DNA of 54,824 nt, filler included, from Dirinaria sp. TL-2023a (Eukaryota), in assembly GCA_051941275.1 (NCBI GenBank). It is 2 parts of 2 records of this genome, joined end to end, with 100 filler letters (N's around TTAATTAATTAA, not from the genome) between each part and the next. Parts side by side here need not be neighbours in the genome. Positions count along the whole stretch, not along the records: positions 27,464 to 54,824 come from JAVEBF010000144.1; 1 more part is not named here. The stretch is one strand, 5' to 3'. Under the pieces are notes generated by a model that had not been told where the DNA came from, did no database searches, and saw only the letters and a list, made by a program, of their open reading frames with translations. Below are positions 50,276 to 54,824 of this stretch, piece after piece. Both the position numbers and the translations under genes were made by a program. The stretch's first letter is position 1. The number at the start of each line of letters is the position of its first letter.

Positions 50276-51041
50276 ATGGAGTCTACCAATAAAGCATCAT
50301 GTGGCCACCTACCAACTGGAAGAAATCTGAAATTGTATGTAACTCCGCTTTTGGAAGCAAGCTGGTTTGGTTTCTTCCCTAATCGTGTGTCAAATAGACT
50401 GATTTCCCATAGCAACTCTTTCAATGCCACTGCTCTAATCTCAGCTGGTGCAGATGCCGAGGAATTCGTTTTTGACAGGAGCTTGCTCTATGACTTAGCA
50501 CCATCCTTCAAAGCAGCGCTTGAAGGCTCTTTTAGAGAGGCAGCCGAAGCCAAGATCAACATAAGTGAAGAACGTTCAGAAGTCATTCAGCGCTTCTGGC
50601 TATGGGCCTATACAGGATTAATTCTACAAGATGGGGAGAAAATCAAAGAGCTCTGTTGGGTTACCGTGACTCGGCTGTACCTCTGCAGAGCGTTATGATG
50701 TACCGGATATGCCGAATACAGTCGTCGATACTCTCGTAGCCAAAAATCAGGTCGTGAGCGCTATACCTACGCGGTTATGTTGTCTTATCTATGATAACAC
50801 CAGTCCGACTTCGCCTCTCCGACGTTTCATTATAGATCTCGTAACCCAAGAGGCTGACCTCGATAAATAGTTCAAACCCGGATCTTCACTGAACGTAGGC
50901 GATCACTTCCCGCAGGCCTTTATGATAGACCTAGCCAGAGTACAGTACAACTTAAGAAAACACAAGGCCGAGGATCACGACTGGCGATCGCTAGGCTGCA
51001 CATTTCCTGTTCATCCATCCACGAACATAGAAAGCAAGTAA
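50276..51041 (+). pseudogene. BTB/POZ-domain protein pseudogene
   Basis: EEFVFDRSLL...PSFKAALEGSFREA...INISEE..FWLWAYTG, then frameshift near 50683 into AERYDVPDMPNTVVD...IYDNTSPTSPLRRFIID, with in-frame TAG 50868-50870; ends CTFPVH..TAA 51041. Confidence 0.78.
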
Positions 51042-52172
51042 GATCCACGCATCAAGACTAGAAACTCAAAATAAATTGAGGAAGATGGGCAACATGTCTC
51101 GCGTGTCTGAGGTGCAAGCGAAAGCCGGTGCTAATCTTTAGATTGGGCTCTGAGATCAAAATTTTGGCGCCGCCGAGGCCTTCACACGCATAGATGACAC
51201 AGGAACGTGCGAGAGTTCCTTCGGCTTACGCGCCTGATTCAGTCTATCCAGCTCAATGTAAAGCTCAGGGCTATATTGATTTTATCCATCGCAACAGTAG
51301 CATGGAACAAAATCCCTCGATTGCTCCACGTGTTTCCTCGCACAATGCAAATCCTGTATCTCCTCCTTTCCCTGATCTCTTCGGCCACGCAAACTCCTTA
51401 ATGACTCGGCAAGCATCGTGCGTCACAACCAGACTCACTCTGCTTGTCAATAGAAAGTGCTTTCGATGTCTACAGAGTATAGGCTGTGATATGGGTTTCA
51501 AGACAGTTTGCTTTAATGTAGGAGTTCATCGACTAAGCGTCATGGAATGTGGGTCAGCTGCGCGGCTACATCTCGGAAACATGACTATCTTCTTAATGAA
51601 CTTATAGCTAATATAGCACTTGGTGATCTAGAGGCAGCGAAATCAGACAACGCCTAGCAGAGCGAAATAGACTCTTCATACAGGGAGATACTCCTGTTAG
51701 CTATTCTCATGTACTGGTAAAATCTCACCCTCTCTTTCCGCCTGCCATACCACTATTCGTGCAGACTCGCTCAACACGCTATTTTAGACAATGAAGAGTA
51801 AGTTGAAGGGATTAATCTGCTCTTTGTCTGTTCCGGTGGCTAATGGTTGCCAAACTACCTCTGAAGATCATAAGTATGGCAGGTTACAGTCCCTGCCCAC
51901 GTCGTCCTCATGGCCTACAAATATATCATCGTCTCTATTGAACCGGTTCAGTCGATTGGATCAGAAATTTCGCTTTGTTGCGTCATGATGAGGACGATGT
52001 GCTAAGAAATCATGACTGAGGAATGTCATTCATCAAAGGTTTTCACTTACATACAGTAACTATTTCAAACCGCTATCGAATGATTCGCTTCTCCACAACT
52101 CACATGCAAATTCCACAGTGTTTCAAGAATAGTCATCGCTCTTTGCTTATCATCAACAAACACTGCCACACT

Positions 52173-52342
52173 CAGTAAACAACTGTCTCAGCACACGTTC
52201 GAAATCCAAAACCCAAACACAAGCTTTCACTGTCCTTATCAAGATGAAGCTTCATATCAGTAAACAGCTGTCTCAGCACGCATTCAGAATCCAAAACCGA
52301 AACACGAGCTTTCACTGTCTATACCAACATGGAGTTTCATGT
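52173..52342. repeat. Diverged 85-bp tandem duplication
   Basis: cagtaaacaactgtctcagcacacgttcgaaatccaaaacccaaacacaagctttcactgtc (52173) vs cagtaaacagctgtctcagcacgcattcagaatccaaaaccgaaacacgagctttcactgtc (52258). Confidence 0.88.
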
Positions 52343-52855
52343 ACTGGGAACTCCGCAAAGACCCACGTCTATAAGAGAAGGTCAAATGCCCTCCCAAGCT
52401 ACGTTCTTTCTTCAGATCCTCCGACACTCACACAAGACACACAGATTCCACAAAGAAAACCACAAGAAAGCACTCCGCAACCTCCAACCCAGAAACCATC
52501 ACCCACCTCCACCCAACTCCAACAAATACCCTACCGCAAAAGCTCTTCAAACATGCCTGACCAAACTCCAGCAGGCGGATCAAACCCACCACCAAAGGGA
52601 AAAGTTTTGCCAAAGCCGGATTCGGCCATTAGTCGCCCTTGCGTACACTGCCCCTTACTCAAAAGCGGGTTAGTGTGCCCCAGTTGGTAGGTCTTCAACG
52701 CCTTCTCTGAAGCTTCCCGGGAACTCACGCTGATAAATCTGCGCTCATAGCAAGAAACGCAGCGATGGTTTCGAAGGGAATTATGATTGGGGAAGGAAGG
52801 ATGGGAGCATCAGATGAGGTCACATAAAGGCCTCAGAGCTCTCCAACAGGCTTCA

Positions 52856-52987
52856 TTTCCGGGCAGGGGGTCATTGGGAACTGATCACAAGCCTGGATTC
52901 AGGTTGCAAAGCCTGAGATAGATTCCTGGGCAGGGGTTCGATAGAACAGAGCATAAGCCTGGACTTAATTAGAGAAACCTGAGATAG
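52856..52987. repeat. Diverged 66-bp tandem duplication
   Basis: gggcagggggtc..gaactgatcacaagcctgga..gcctgagatag vs gggcaggggttc..gaacagagcataagcctgga..acctgagatag. Confidence 0.75.
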
Positions 52988-53919
52988 AAATAGAGCACGG
53001 ATGTGAGCATCCATTTTAATCACCATCACATTTGAGTGATAATGTGCGTACGTGATGGCGCAATAGTAGAGCAGCGAGCAAAAGATAGATAATAAAACAT
53101 AAAGCAGCAAGCATAACATCGAAGTAAGTAAACATGAAGTAAGTGACCATGATGCAGCGAATATATATCAGGAACTGGAGAACAATCTTGTGCATGAAAA
53201 TGTGAAATGTACAGAAACAACCATTGTAGATACACAAATATAATTGAAGCACAAACATACACAAAGCTCTGAGCATAGCATCCAACATCGAGCGTACGAG
53301 ACAAATAAGTTCTAGAAGTAAAATTTTCCCATTCAAAAAAGTTTCAAAGCAAAAGATCAACATAGCATCGACTATCAGACATTGACCAAGACTGTACGAT
53401 CCCAATCCCATCCATCACGCATACCCTCTACAATTTTAACCCGTATCCACAAAATTTTCTTCTTCCTCTAACACCACTCCCTCCCCCCCAAACATCTGCC
53501 CGCCTGACTTTCGCGCTCCGCATGTCCCTTAGCAAAACCCGATCGCACCCATTTTCGCAGCTTGACCCCCGCACAGCAACGTCTTGCATGAGGGCCCGCT
53601 TGCCCGTGCTGTCCTCATATAGCCCGAATTGTTTTCCGTCTTCGGAAGCAAACTAAATGGCTGGCTGGGAGTGGTCCAGGATGAGGAAGATCCAGAGGAG
53701 CCAGCCAGTTGAGACAGGGGCGGCAGGAGGGGGATCGGCGGCAGCACCACTACCACCAGAGGGACTAGCAGCAGCGGTGGATGGCTGACGGAGACGTAGA
53801 TAAGCGCGGTCGAAGAAGCGCCTGAAGTAGAAGCTGAACTTTTGATTGATGGGTACGGGTGGCTCCAGATGCGAGAATCATCTAGGTAGGTATCAAGGGT
53901 AGCGTATGCAGTAGAGTTG

Positions 53920-54054
53920 TAGAGCGTGACCTTCTCTATAATTTTAATATGAACACTTATTTGCTTGCAGTCGAGGTATACAAAATCGACCTTTTATGAT
54001 GCTCCGCAAAGTTGACATTTTGCCGAATCGAACCGGAATGATGCAACCAACGAT
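53920..54054 (+). repeat. Dispersed repeat copy 2 (similar to 45075-45233)
   Basis: tagagcgtgaccttctctataatttt...gtatacaaaatcgacc...gacattttgccgaatcgaaccggaat..gcaaccaacgat. Confidence 0.85.
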
Positions 54055-54824
54055 TAGAAGAGAAACTTTGCATCCTTACACCAAGTCATATTGTCACATT
54101 TGTGGGTGAATTGGGCCTATGTATGTGTATTTGTGCTCAATTGCCTAAAACTCAAGGAAGAGCTTTTGTGAGCAGTAAAAAACCGGGGTCTGCCGACTAA
54201 TCTACAGTCTAACCACTTTCGTCAAACCATCCTTGGCAATTTGTTAGTCGTGATGAGTTTTCTGCCTTACGCCGATACTCCTTAGAGTCCACAAAATACT
54301 CTGAGAATGTATGGGATGGAGGCCTTTACATTCGCTATTTGGGACTAAGGGAATGGCCACTGGACTTGCACTTCTATGGGCTCGACTACACGAGTGTGAT
54401 CGTCACTTGGTGCAGAAAAACATTGACAAACGCCGAACACGTAACACTGCGACGCCATGACCTCTTATCCCCGGAAATGTGGAATTCTGAGTCCCAGATA
54501 ATGTATCGGCGCAAAACGAATCTTAAGAGCAAGATCGCCACCGTGAAACGTACTCTGTCTCTGCACAATCAGATCTGAAGTCGATCTTGTTCATCATCAT
54601 ATCTTCTTGCAAATCATCCAAGAATCCTTTCCACAATTCTCGAGTGTAAGTGTACAAAAGCCTCATATCCCAATGAGAAAGATACTTCCGTCTCAGCTCT
54701 ACCTTGCGTCAGGCGGCAACTAGCTTTGAGAGCCAATATCGATTCTCGAAATGACTCGTGTCTTGGTCTTTGGCTGAGTCTTTAAACATACTTTCAAAGT
54801 AGCAGGTTGTTGACTTCACCTTCA

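Noticed and set aside
52173..52987. CRISPR-like array
   Set aside because: Only two-unit tandem duplications without unique spacers, no cas genes, and a eukaryotic context.
53016..53411. Hydrophobic 131-aa ORF as a membrane protein
   Set aside because: All three minus frames are similarly hydrophobic because the strand is T-rich, so this is a compositional artefact.

Overview
Filamentous ascomycete (Pezizomycotina-type) genomic DNA with GT-AG introns. The window consists of two contigs joined at 27364-27463 by an artificial N/TTAATTAATTAA/N spacer. The left contig is mostly housekeeping: aquaporin, a decayed membrane-protein gene, an FMN-dependent alpha-hydroxy acid oxidase, RPS30, meiotic cohesin REC8, Dbf2/Sid2 kinase, signal peptide peptidase and UBP6, then about 6 kb of gene-poor DNA. 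The right contig is accessory. It carries a secondary-metabolite cluster in which the core is intact: a ~2890-aa highly reducing PKS (KS-AT-DH-MT-ER0-KR-ACP-R, i.e. PKS-NRPS-clade without C-A-T) and a LovC-type trans-enoyl reductase. Both tailoring genes of the cluster (P450, acyltransferase) are pseudogenes. An intact, intronless cellular reverse-transcriptase gene (rvt family) lies 1.4 kb downstream of the PKS. The rvt gene and a BTB/POZ pseudogene sit between two diverged ~135-160 bp direct repeats (45075-45233, 53920-54054). Family assignments come from motif recognition by eye; no database searches were run.
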